From an uncultured Actinomycetota bacterium (GTDB lineage: Bacteria > Actinomycetota > Actinomycetes > Propionibacteriales > Nocardioidaceae): 64,000 nt of DNA. Shown here one piece after another: positions 54,202 to 63,071 of the stretch (positions are counted from its first letter, which is position 1; each line of letters opens with the position of its first letter). The stretch covers positions 22,730-86,729 of the forward strand of contig CAVTTO010000001.1 of the NCBI GenBank assembly GCA_963737725.1, read 5' to 3'. The notes beneath the pieces were generated by a model, which worked only from the letters and a program-made list of their open reading frames with translations, was not told the origin of the DNA and did no database searches. The position numbers were made by a program, and so were the translations under genes.

Positions 54202-56739
54202 ATGCCCGATCCTGCCGTCCCGCCGCTCGTCGGGCGCATGCCGTCCGACCCGACGCCCGACGCCGTCTACGACGCATTCGAGGAATGGGCGTCGGCGCAG
54301 GGGTTGAACCTCTACCCCGCCCAGACCGAGGCGCTCATCGAGCTGGTCGACGACGCGAACGTCATCCTGGCCACGCCGACCGGGTCCGGGAAGAGCCTGG
54401 TCGCCGCCGGCGCACATTTCGCCGCGCTGGCCCACGGCCGACGCAGCTACTACACCGCACCGATCAAGGCGCTGGTGTCGGAGAAGTTCTTCGCGCTCTG
54501 CGACATGTTCGGCGCCGACAACGTCGGGATGCTGACCGGTGACGCCGCGGTGAACCCGACGGCGCCGATCATCACCGCGACCGCCGAGGTGCTCGCCAAC
54601 GTCGCGCTGCGCGAGGGCGCCGACGCCGACATCGGCCTGGTCGTGATGGACGAGTTCCACTTCTACGCCGACCCGGACCGCGGCTGGGCATGGCAGGTGC
54701 CGCTGCTGGAGCTGACCGGGGCGCAGTTCCTCCTGATGTCGGCGACGCTCGGCGACATGAGCCGCTTCCGGGACGACCTGGCCCGCAGGACCGGTCGGCG
54801 TACGACGGTGGTGGCGTCGGCCGAGCGACCGGTCCCGTTGCACTTCTCCTACGTCACCACGCCGATCCACGAGACGCTGGAGGAGCTGCTGACGACGCAC
54901 CAGGCGCCGGTCTACGTCGTCCACTTCACCCAGGCCGAGGCGATCGAGCGGGCGCAGGCGCTGTCGAGCCTGAAGGTCGCGACCCGCGAGGAGCGCGACC
55001 AGATCGCGGCGCTGATCGGCGACTTCCGGTTCACCGCCGGGTTCGGCAAGACCTTGAGCAGGCTGATCCGGATGGGGATCGGCGTGCACCATGCCGGGAT
55101 GCTGCCGCGCTACCGGCGCCTGGTCGAGACGCTCGCGCAGGCCGGTCTGCTCAAGGTGATCTGCGGCACCGACACCCTCGGCGTCGGCATCAACGTCCCG
55201 ATCCGCACCGTGGTCCTCACCGGCCTCGCCAAGTACGACGGCGTCCGGGTGCGGCACCTGCGGGCGCGCGAGTTCCACCAGGTCGCCGGCCGGGCCGGAC
55301 GCGCCGGGTTCGACACGCTCGGCAGCGTCGTCGTCCAGGCGCCGGAGCACGAGGTCGAGAACGCCCGGCTGGTCCGCAAGGCCGGCGACGACCCGAAGAA
55401 GCTCCGGCGCGTGCAGCGCAAGAAGCCACCCGAGGGGTTCGTGAACTGGGGTGACAAGACGTTCGAGCGGCTGGTCGCGGCGGAGCCGGAGCCGCTCACC
55501 TCGAGCTTCGCCGTCACGCACTCGATGCTGCTCAACGTGATCGCCCGGCCGGGTGACCCGTTCGCGGCCATGCGGCGGCTGCTGACCGACAACCACGAGG
55601 ACGAGGCTGCGCAGCGCCGCCACATCCGGCATGCCGTCGCGATCGCGCGGTCCCTGCTGGCCGGTGACGTGGTCGAGCGGCTGGATCCTCCCGATGCGGA
55701 CGGCCGTGGCGTCCGGCTCACCGTCGATCTGCAGCCGAGCTTCGCGCTCGACCAGCCTCTGTCGGCGTTCGCGATCGCCACCCTGGGTCTGCTCGACCAG
55801 GATTCGCCCACCTACGCGCTCGACGTCGTGTCCGTCATCGAGGCGACGCTGGAGGATCCGCGCCAGGTGATCGCGGCGCAGCTCAACAAGGCCCGCGGTG
55901 AAGCGGTGGCCGCGATGAAGTCCGAGGGCATCGAGTACGACGAGCGGATCGAGCTGCTCGACGAGGTGACCCATCCGCAGCCGCTGGCCGAGCTGCTCGA
56001 GGCGGCGTACGAGACCTATCGCACCGGCCATCCCTGGGTTGCCGACCACGCGCTGCGCCCGAAGTCGGTGGTCCGCGACATGTACGAGCGGGCGATGACG
56101 TTCGTGGAGTACGTCGGCTTCTACGGGCTGGCCCGGTCCGAGGGGCTGGTGCTGCGCTACCTCACCGACGCCTACCGGGCGCTGCGTCGCACCGTCCCGG
56201 AGTCGGCGCGCAACGAGGAGCTCGAGGACTTCATCGCGTGGCTCGGTGAGCTCACCCGGCAGGTCGACTCGTCACTGCTCGACGAGTGGGAGAAGCTCGC
56301 GGCCGGTGACGACCTGACCGCAGCGGACCTGGTGCGGCCGCCGCTGGACACCGAGATCCGCCCGGTGACGGGCAACCCGCGCGCGTTCCGGGTGCTGGTC
56401 CGCAACGCGATGTTCCGTCGGGTGGAGCTCGCCGCCCGGCGCGACTGGGCCGCGCTCGCCGAGCTGGACTCCGAGGCGGGCTGGTCCGCCGACGACTGGC
56501 AGGAAGGCTTGGCGGCGTACTGGGACGAGCACGACGTGCTGCTCACCGACGCGGACGCCCGAGGGCCGGGGCTGCTTGTCGTCGATGAGACCTCCGAGCC
56601 CGGCGCCTGGCGGGTGCGCCAGATCCTGCACGACCCGGAGGGGTTCCACGACTGGGCGCTGCTGGCGACCGTCGACCTCGCGGCGTCCGACGAGGCGGGC
56701 TACGCCGTCGTGCGCCTCGACGAGATCACCGGAGGCTGA
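54202..56739 (+). CDS. DEAD/DEAH-box (Ski2/HelY-like) helicase with DUF3516-type C-terminal region
   Basis: 845 aa. Motif I is ATPTGSGKS, motif II is VMDEFH and motif VI is HHAGMLPRYR...QVAGRAGRAGFD. A long alpha-helical C-terminus follows. Confidence 0.9.
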   Translation: MPDPAVPPLVGRMPSDPTPDAVYDAFEEWASAQGLNLYPAQTEALIELVDDANVILATPTGSGKSLVAAGAHFAALAHGRRSYYTAPIKALVSEKFFALCDMFGADNVGMLTGDAAVNPTAPIITATAEVLANVALREGADADIGLVVMDEFHFYADPDRGWAWQVPLLELTGAQFLLMSATLGDMSRFRDDLARRTGRRTTVVASAERPVPLHFSYVTTPIHETLEELLTTHQAPVYVVHFTQAEAIERAQALSSLKVATREERDQIAALIGDFRFTAGFGKTLSRLIRMGIGVHHAGMLPRYRRLVETLAQAGLLKVICGTDTLGVGINVPIRTVVLTGLAKYDGVRVRHLRAREFHQVAGRAGRAGFDTLGSVVVQAPEHEVENARLVRKAGDDPKKLRRVQRKKPPEGFVNWGDKTFERLVAAEPEPLTSSFAVTHSMLLNVIARPGDPFAAMRRLLTDNHEDEAAQRRHIRHAVAIARSLLAGDVVERLDPPDADGRGVRLTVDLQPSFALDQPLSAFAIATLGLLDQDSPTYALDVVSVIEATLEDPRQVIAAQLNKARGEAVAAMKSEGIEYDERIELLDEVTHPQPLAELLEAAYETYRTGHPWVADHALRPKSVVRDMYERAMTFVEYVGFYGLARSEGLVLRYLTDAYRALRRTVPESARNEELEDFIAWLGELTRQVDSSLLDEWEKLAAGDDLTAADLVRPPLDTEIRPVTGNPRAFRVLVRNAMFRRVELAARRDWAALAELDSEAGWSADDWQEGLAAYWDEHDVLLTDADARGPGLLVVDETSEPGAWRVRQILHDPEGFHDWALLATVDLAASDEAGYAVVRLDEITGG

Positions 56740-56743
56740 CCGG

Positions 56744-57503
56744 GTGCGCCTGGCCACCTTCAACGTCCTGCACGGTCGCTCCCTCGCGGACGACCGGGTG
56801 GACAGGGAGCGGTTCGCCGAGGCGATCGCGAGCCTGGACGCCGACGTGCTCGCACTCCAAGAGGTCGACCGCGGCCAGGAGCGCTCGCACCGCCTCGACC
56901 TGACGGCGGTGGCGGCGGAGGCGATGGGGGCGACCGACCTTCCGCTTCGCGGCCGCGATGACCGGGCGGCCGGACGGCTCCTGGCGGCCGGCCACGGGTG
57001 GTGAGCCCGATGACGCCGCGCTCTACGGCGTCGCGTTGCTGTCCCGCTATCCCGTACGCCGATGGGACGTGGTCCGGCTGCCCGCCCTGCCGGTCTCCGT
57101 GCCGTACCGGTTCACGGGTCAGCGTCGGCCGAGCCTGGTCCGCGACGAGGCCCGGGTCGCGGTGATCGCCCGGGTCGGAGCTCCGCTCGGTGAGCTGACC
57201 GTGGTGGCGACGCACCTGTCGTTCCTGCCCGGGTGGAACGACGTCCAGCTGCGCCTGCTGATGCGTCGGATCCGGCATACGTCAGGACCGGTCGTGCTGA
57301 TGGGCGACCTCAACATGGGTCCGACCCACGCCCGCCGAGTGACCCGGCTCCAGTCCCTCGGAAGTGCGGACACGTTCCCGGCAGCCGCGCCCGAGCGGCA
57401 GATCGACCACGTGCTCGCCCGTGACGTCCCGGGACGACCGAGCAGCAGTGCGGTGACCTTGAATGTGTCAGACCATGCCGCCCTCGTCGTCGACCTGACA
57501 TGA
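56744..57503 (+). CDS. endonuclease/exonuclease/phosphatase (EEP) family protein; one frame interruption
   Basis: GTG 56744 follows GGAGG. VRLATFNVLHGRS...DADVLALQEVD is in the tail of ORF 56576..57004. ...YGVALLSRYP...VVATHLSF...LMGDLNMGP...QIDHVLA...SDHAALVVDL is in ORF 56958..57503. The joint is near 56940. Confidence 0.8.
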
Positions 57504-57510
57504 TCGGCAC

Positions 57511-57837
57511 ATGGAGGTCGCCTCGATCCACGCCCTGGCCGATGAACAGCTCGCCACCGCCGGCGCATCCCCGAGCGGCCGCAGCGCCGTCCGGGTGTAC
57601 GGCCGGCCCTCGGCCCGGCTCCGTCAGACCTTGCTGGCGCTCGACGCCGGTCAGACGATGGGCGAGCACAAGAGCCCCGGAGACGCGTCGCTGCTCTGCC
57701 TGCGCGGCAGGGTGATCCTGCGTGCCGGCGGCACCAGCGTCGAGCTCGGTCCGAACGACCTGCTCGCCCTGCCGCCCCAGCGCCACGACATCGAGGCGCT
57801 CGAGCCCTCCGCACTCCTCCTCACCGTCTCCCACTGA
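57511..57837 (+). CDS. cupin-domain small protein
   Basis: 108 aa. ...LALDAGQTMGEHKSPGDASLLCLRGRVILRAGGTSVELGPNDLLALPPQRHDIEAL is a cupin beta-barrel pattern. Confidence 0.6.
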   Translation: MEVASIHALADEQLATAGASPSGRSAVRVYGRPSARLRQTLLALDAGQTMGEHKSPGDASLLCLRGRVILRAGGTSVELGPNDLLALPPQRHDIEALEPSALLLTVSH

Positions 57838-57842
57838 CGCTC

Positions 57843-57915
57843 CGAACTGCGGGAAAGTGCAGGGTCGAGCACCGGTCGGATCCGGTGATCGCGACAAGCT
57901 TATCCCGCGAGTTCG
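57843..57915. repeat. family-3 inverted repeat, second copy (CGAACTGCGGGAAAG-N41-CTTATCCCGCGAGTTCG)
   Basis: Read directly from the sequence. It lies between the convergent cupin and SNF2 genes and contains an inner CACCGG-TCGGAT-CCGGTG hairpin. Confidence 0.7.
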
Positions 57916-57925
57916 CGGCGCGCGG

Positions 57926-60900
57926 TCAGTCGGAGAAGAGGGCCCGGACGTCGGCGGCGTCGATCGGGGTGGCGGACGAGCCGTCGCCGTCGATGACCTG
58001 GGAGAACAGCGCGGCCTTGCGCGCCTTGAGCTCCATCACCTTCTCCTCGATCGTGCCGGTCGACACCAGCCGGTAGACCATCACCGGCTTGGTCTGGCCG
58101 ATCCGGTGCGCGCGGTCGACAGCCTGGGCCTCGACGGCAGGGTTCCACCACGGGTCGAGCACGAAGACGTAGTCGGCCTCGGTCAGCGTCAGCCCGACTC
58201 CGCCGGCCTTGAGGCTGATCAGGAAGACCGACGCCTCACCGTGCTTGAACGAGTCGATCACCTCACCGCGTCGCGTCGTGCTGCCGTCGAGGTAGGTCAT
58301 CGTGATGCCCTCGCGGTCGAGCCGCTCCCGCACCCGCGCCAGGAACGACGTGAACTGGCTGAACACCAGCACCTTGTGTCCCTCTTCGACGATCTCGGTG
58401 AGGTGGTCGACCAGCACGTCGACCTTCGCCGAGCCCGCGCTCTCGTAGGCCTCGTCGATCAGGGCCGCGTCGAGGCTGAGCTGGCGCAGCTTGGTCAGCG
58501 AGCGGAAGATCGCGATCCGGTGCTTCTCGAAGTCCTCGTCGACCAGCCCGAGCACCGTCTGCCGCTCGCGCTGGAGGTGGGTGTCGTAGATGCGGCGGTG
58601 GCGCGGCGTCAGGTCGACCTCGAGCACCTGCTCCTGCTTGGGCGGCAGGTCGGCGGCGACCAGGTCCTTCGTGCGCCGGAGCAGGAACGGGCGGATCCTT
58701 CGTCGGAAGCGCTCGAGTGCCTGCTGGTCGCCTTCCTTCTCCACCGGATCGGCCACCAGCTCCTTGAACCGAGCCGGGTAGGCGTACAGCCCCGGCGCCA
58801 CGATCGAGAGCAGCGACCACAGCTCCATCAGCCGGTTCTCCATCGGCGTGCCGGTCAGCGCGAGCCGGAAGTCGGTCTCGATGCGGCGTACGGACTGATA
58901 GGTCTTCGCGGTGTGGTTCTTGACGGTCTGCGCCTCGTCGAGGACCAGGCCGCCCCACGTCTGCTCGGCATACGCGTCGATCTCGAGCCGCAGCAGGGTG
59001 TACGACGTGATGACGATGTCAGCCCCCTCGACCAGCGAGGCGATGGACTCGCCCCGCCGCGACACCGACGAGGTCACCGTGCGGACGACCAGTCCGGGCG
59101 TGAACGCCTCGGCCTCGTGCGCCCAGGTCGAGACCACGCTGGTCGGCGCGACGACGAGGAACGGTCCGGCGCCGGCCTCGCGGGCGTGCGTCACCAGAGC
59201 GAGGGTCTGAACCGTCTTGCCGAGCCCCATGTCGTCGGCCAGGATGCCGCCGAGCCGGCTCTGCCAGAGGAAGGCGAGCCAGCGGAACCCGTCGAGCTGG
59301 TAGGGGCGTAGCTCCGCCTTGACCCCGACGAGCTCGACCTGCGGGAGCGCCTCGACGTTGCGGAGGGCTTCGGCCGCCCGGACCCACTGCGCCGCCTGCT
59401 CGTCGACGATGCCGACCTCGGCGAGCTCCTCCCAGAGGTTGAGGTCGCGGTGGCCGACCCGGACGCCGTCGCGTGGTTGCTCGTGCAGCTCACCGGCGGC
59501 GTCGACCAGCTCGGCCAGGTGGGCGAACTCCGGGCGGTCGACCTCGACGTGGAGCCCGTTGGGCATGATCACGCGGGGCTGTCCGAGCGTGAGGGCCTCG
59601 AGCAGGTGCGCCAGCGCGAGGTACTGCCCGTCGACCTGGATCGTCACCTCGAGGTCGAGCCAGTCGGGCTTGGCCGACGCGGCGTCGGTGTCGTCGCGCG
59701 AGGTGAACGAGATGACCGGCGCGCCCGACGCGGCGCGGTAGTCCGGTCGCCCGCCGGTCTCCTCCAGCTCGATCACGCCGCGCGCGGCCAGCGCTTCCAA
59801 GGTCGGCAGCACGTCGTCGACGAACCCGATCGCCTGGTCGTGCTCGAACGTCTTGCGCTCGACCAGGCCGCGGTCGAGACGGTGGCTGTCGCAGAGGGCG
59901 AAGACCTGGTGGTCGGTGAGCTCGCGGCCCATCGCCAGGACCGCCTCCACCTCGAGCTCGGGACGCCGCACGCCCCGCAGGCCGCGCGTCTCGGTCAGGG
60001 CGTAGACGCGGTCGGCGCCTCCGACGGCGTACCGCCACGACCAGGCCAGCTCGACCTCCTGCACGCTCACCCACGTGATCGAGAGAGCGAGCCGGGGCTC
60101 GGGCCGCTCCGGCAGCTCGATCGAGCTGTCGGACGAGACGACGGGGACGTGCCGCTGCAGCCGCGGGAGGTAGTCGGTGAGCAGCTCGTCGCGGGCACCG
60201 GACGGCACGACCAGGTCGTCGCTCTGCGAGAACAGCCGACGCAGCTGTGGCCCGAGCGGTCGGTCGAGCCCGGCGAGCGTGACCACCCAGGAGGCGCCGC
60301 CGGCACTCGGCGACCAGAGCGCCGCACCGTGGGCCGGGTCGCCGAGCAGGTCGACCGCGTCGGCGGCGTACCACTCGCCCTCGGCGGCCACCCCCAGCCG
60401 CAGGTGTGCGAGCTCCTCGGAGGCGTTGACGTCGAGCTCGACCCGCACCGGCTCGGTCAGCAGGTGGACGCCGGTCAGACCTGGCCCGGGCACGAGCGGG
60501 ATGCCGGCCTCGCGCACCCGTCCGAGGGTCGCCCAGAGCGCCGGGCCGAAGGTCGCGAGGGTCAGATGCGGCTCGCTGCCGTGGTAGTAGCCGTAGCGCG
60601 AGGCGGCCTGGTGGATGGCGGCGAGCTCGTTGAGCACGGCGAGCTGGTCGGGGTCGAACGCCGCCTCGCCTCGCATCCGCGTGAGGTCCTGGAACGACAC
60701 CCCGCTCTTGATCCAGTTGTCGCGAGCGCCGCGTTGGAGCGGCCGGATCTGCAGGGTGCCGCGGGTCGGGATGGCGGTGGGTGCGCGCCACGAGTTCTTG
60801 CTGAGCTGACGGCTCAGCGCCACCTGCAGCGCGAGCGGAGTCCGGCGGTTGGCGCGTCCGGCCCGGTCGGCGGCGTCGTCGAGCTCGTCGAGCACGGTGG

Positions 60901-61258
60901 TGAGCTGGTGCTCCCAGTGCGCGTTGGGGCCGCGACCGGCATCGGCGTGCTCGCGCGCCTGGATCGCCCGCACCTCCATGACGAGGGCGAGCACGTGCTT
61001 GCACTCGTGCTGGACGGGGCAGTCGCACCGGCTGGCGTACCAGACCCCGTCGGCGTCGAGTCCCGCGCTGACGTACGCCGTGTAGATGACGCCGCGCGAG
61101 CCCTGCACCTGGCCTTTGATGACGAGGTCGCCGTCGCTGTCGGTCTCGTGCTTGCTGGAGAGGACGCGGCCGGTGTGGAGGTAGGCCGAGGCGCGTTCGT
61201 ACGTCGGCGTGCCGAACCTGCGGCGCAGGTCCTCCTCGGAGACGACGGTCAGGTCCAT
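57926..61258 (-). CDS. SNF2-family helicase with N-terminal SWIM zinc finger (HelZ-like)
   Basis: ORF 57926..61543 trimmed to ATG 61258 (MDLTVVSEEDLRRRF...). The SWIM finger is CDCPVQHECKHVLA. The SNF2 blocks are ILADDMGLGKTVQ, DEAQTVKN and LTGTPMENRL. The helicase C-domain is SLKAGGVGLTLTEAD...WWNPAVEAQAVDRAHRIGQ. Confidence 0.9.
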   Translation of the reverse strand: MDLTVVSEEDLRRRFGTPTYERASAYLHTGRVLSSKHETDSDGDLVIKGQVQGSRGVIYTAYVSAGLDADGVWYASRCDCPVQHECKHVLALVMEVRAIQAREHADAGRGPNAHWEHQLTTVLDELDDAADRAGRANRRTPLALQVALSRQLSKNSWRAPTAIPTRGTLQIRPLQRGARDNWIKSGVSFQDLTRMRGEAAFDPDQLAVLNELAAIHQAASRYGYYHGSEPHLTLATFGPALWATLGRVREAGIPLVPGPGLTGVHLLTEPVRVELDVNASEELAHLRLGVAAEGEWYAADAVDLLGDPAHGAALWSPSAGGASWVVTLAGLDRPLGPQLRRLFSQSDDLVVPSGARDELLTDYLPRLQRHVPVVSSDSSIELPERPEPRLALSITWVSVQEVELAWSWRYAVGGADRVYALTETRGLRGVRRPELEVEAVLAMGRELTDHQVFALCDSHRLDRGLVERKTFEHDQAIGFVDDVLPTLEALAARGVIELEETGGRPDYRAASGAPVISFTSRDDTDAASAKPDWLDLEVTIQVDGQYLALAHLLEALTLGQPRVIMPNGLHVEVDRPEFAHLAELVDAAGELHEQPRDGVRVGHRDLNLWEELAEVGIVDEQAAQWVRAAEALRNVEALPQVELVGVKAELRPYQLDGFRWLAFLWQSRLGGILADDMGLGKTVQTLALVTHAREAGAGPFLVVAPTSVVSTWAHEAEAFTPGLVVRTVTSSVSRRGESIASLVEGADIVITSYTLLRLEIDAYAEQTWGGLVLDEAQTVKNHTAKTYQSVRRIETDFRLALTGTPMENRLMELWSLLSIVAPGLYAYPARFKELVADPVEKEGDQQALERFRRRIRPFLLRRTKDLVAADLPPKQEQVLEVDLTPRHRRIYDTHLQRERQTVLGLVDEDFEKHRIAIFRSLTKLRQLSLDAALIDEAYESAGSAKVDVLVDHLTEIVEEGHKVLVFSQFTSFLARVRERLDREGITMTYLDGSTTRRGEVIDSFKHGEASVFLISLKAGGVGLTLTEADYVFVLDPWWNPAVEAQAVDRAHRIGQTKPVMVYRLVSTGTIEEKVMELKARKAALFSQVIDGDGSSATPIDAADVRALFSD

Positions 61259-61396
61259 GTCAGGTCCGACTCTAGGCGGCTCCGCCGACGATTCGGGACG
61301 GCGCGCGTCCGGGCTGTGGACCGATTCGCGCGGTGGCCGGAATTGCCCTGTGGACAACGCGTTCGAGGCCTCTGCGGTGGTCCAGGCTTGGTCGGT

Positions 61397-61840
61397 ATGA
61401 CGATCGACGCACCCCGACCCGACCTCCCTCCGATCCGCACCCAGGCCGACCTCACCGAGGTCTGGACCATCCTGATGGGCGAGCTCGGCTTCGCCTACCG
61501 CCAGCTCTGGGTCCTCTTCGTGCTCGCCGACGGCGATGCCCATCCGGCCGTGATGAAGATCGAACAGCTCGACGAGTGGCCCGACGAGCAGTTCACCGCC
61601 GGGCTCGTCGACGTCTGCGCGAACTTCGTCGACGAAGACCCTGGCAACGGTCAGGTGGCGATGTTGCTCGCCCGTCCCGGCGGCGGAGCGTTGTCGGCGA
61701 GTGACCGTGCGTGGACGTCAGCGCTCTACCGCGCGACGCGGCTGGGCGGCGTGGCCTGCCATCCGATCCACCTGGCCAACGACGTCGAGCTGCGCCTGGT
61801 CGCCGCCGACGACCTCGACGGCCTCGACCTCGCCGGTTGA
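61397..61840 (+). CDS. hypothetical protein (147 aa), divergent from the SNF2 gene
   Basis: Only the last 147 codons of listed ORF 59450..61840 lie outside the SNF2 gene. ATG 61397 (MTIDAPRPDLPPIRTQADLTEVW...). Composition looks globular. No family recognised. Confidence 0.5.
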   Translation: MTIDAPRPDLPPIRTQADLTEVWTILMGELGFAYRQLWVLFVLADGDAHPAVMKIEQLDEWPDEQFTAGLVDVCANFVDEDPGNGQVAMLLARPGGGALSASDRAWTSALYRATRLGGVACHPIHLANDVELRLVAADDLDGLDLAG

Positions 61841-61961
61841 CATCCGATCGTGACCCCGGACACGTATCAATAACAACTCGGCGGCGTCCTCGTTTGAAAG
61901 GCAACCAACACGACGTACGAAGCGTCGTAGTCAGCAAGAGTTTCCGACCAGGAGGTGCACG

Positions 61962-62228
61962 ATGAACGCGTTGCACACGTTCGCATCCGCGAGCGCTGTC
62001 GCGTCGTGCACGCTGGCGGCCGCCCATCGCCGCGATCACGACCACGGCGTCGAGGTCGTCGCGTGCCACCCGCATGTGGTCGAGGTGGTCCACCTCGGCG
62101 AGCACGCGGCGATGATCTGCCACGACTGCCGTACCGACTCCGGCTTCCTGCCGCACCGCGAGGCCGAGCGGATGGCTTCCGCCCACCGTCACGAGACCGA
62201 CGCCACCCCGCACTCCCCCGCCGCCTGA
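61962..62228 (+). CDS. His/Cys-rich small protein, paralog 2 (hypothetical)
   Basis: ATG 61962 lies 6 nt after AGGAGG. The core AAAHRRDHDH...CHPHVVEVVHLGEHAAMICHDCRTDSGFLPHREAERMASAH is paralogous to 53847..54134. Confidence 0.6.
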   Translation: MNALHTFASASAVASCTLAAAHRRDHDHGVEVVACHPHVVEVVHLGEHAAMICHDCRTDSGFLPHREAERMASAHRHETDATPHSPAA

Positions 62229-62239
62229 CCGTTGTTCGC

Positions 62240-62283
62240 TGGTCGAGCCCTTCGACAGGCTCAGGATGAACTTGTCGAGACCA
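62240..62283. repeat. family-1-related element with arms in swapped order
   Basis: GGTCGAGCCCTTCGACAGGCTCA is right-arm-like. It is followed by GATGAACTTGTCGAGACC, which is left-arm-like. The element lies between convergent genes. Confidence 0.5.
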
Positions 62284-62285
62284 CA

Positions 62286-63067
<782 letters not shown>

Positions 63068-63071
<4 letters not shown>

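Noticed and set aside
54103-56049. 648-aa ORF antisense to the DEAD/DEAH helicase
   Set aside because: Shadow ORF. The helicase motifs I, II and VI are on the plus strand.
56761-56772. A 12-nt match (CAACGTCCTGCA) to the arm of the 54-bp palindrome, inside the EEP nuclease gene
   Set aside because: It encodes the conserved FNVLH motif and has no partner arm, so it is most likely coincidental.
59450-61396. The first ~650 codons of the listed 796-aa ORF 59450..61840
   Set aside because: This part is antisense to the SNF2 gene and compositionally biased. Only the last 147 codons (61397-61840), which lie outside the SNF2 gene, are kept as a CDS.
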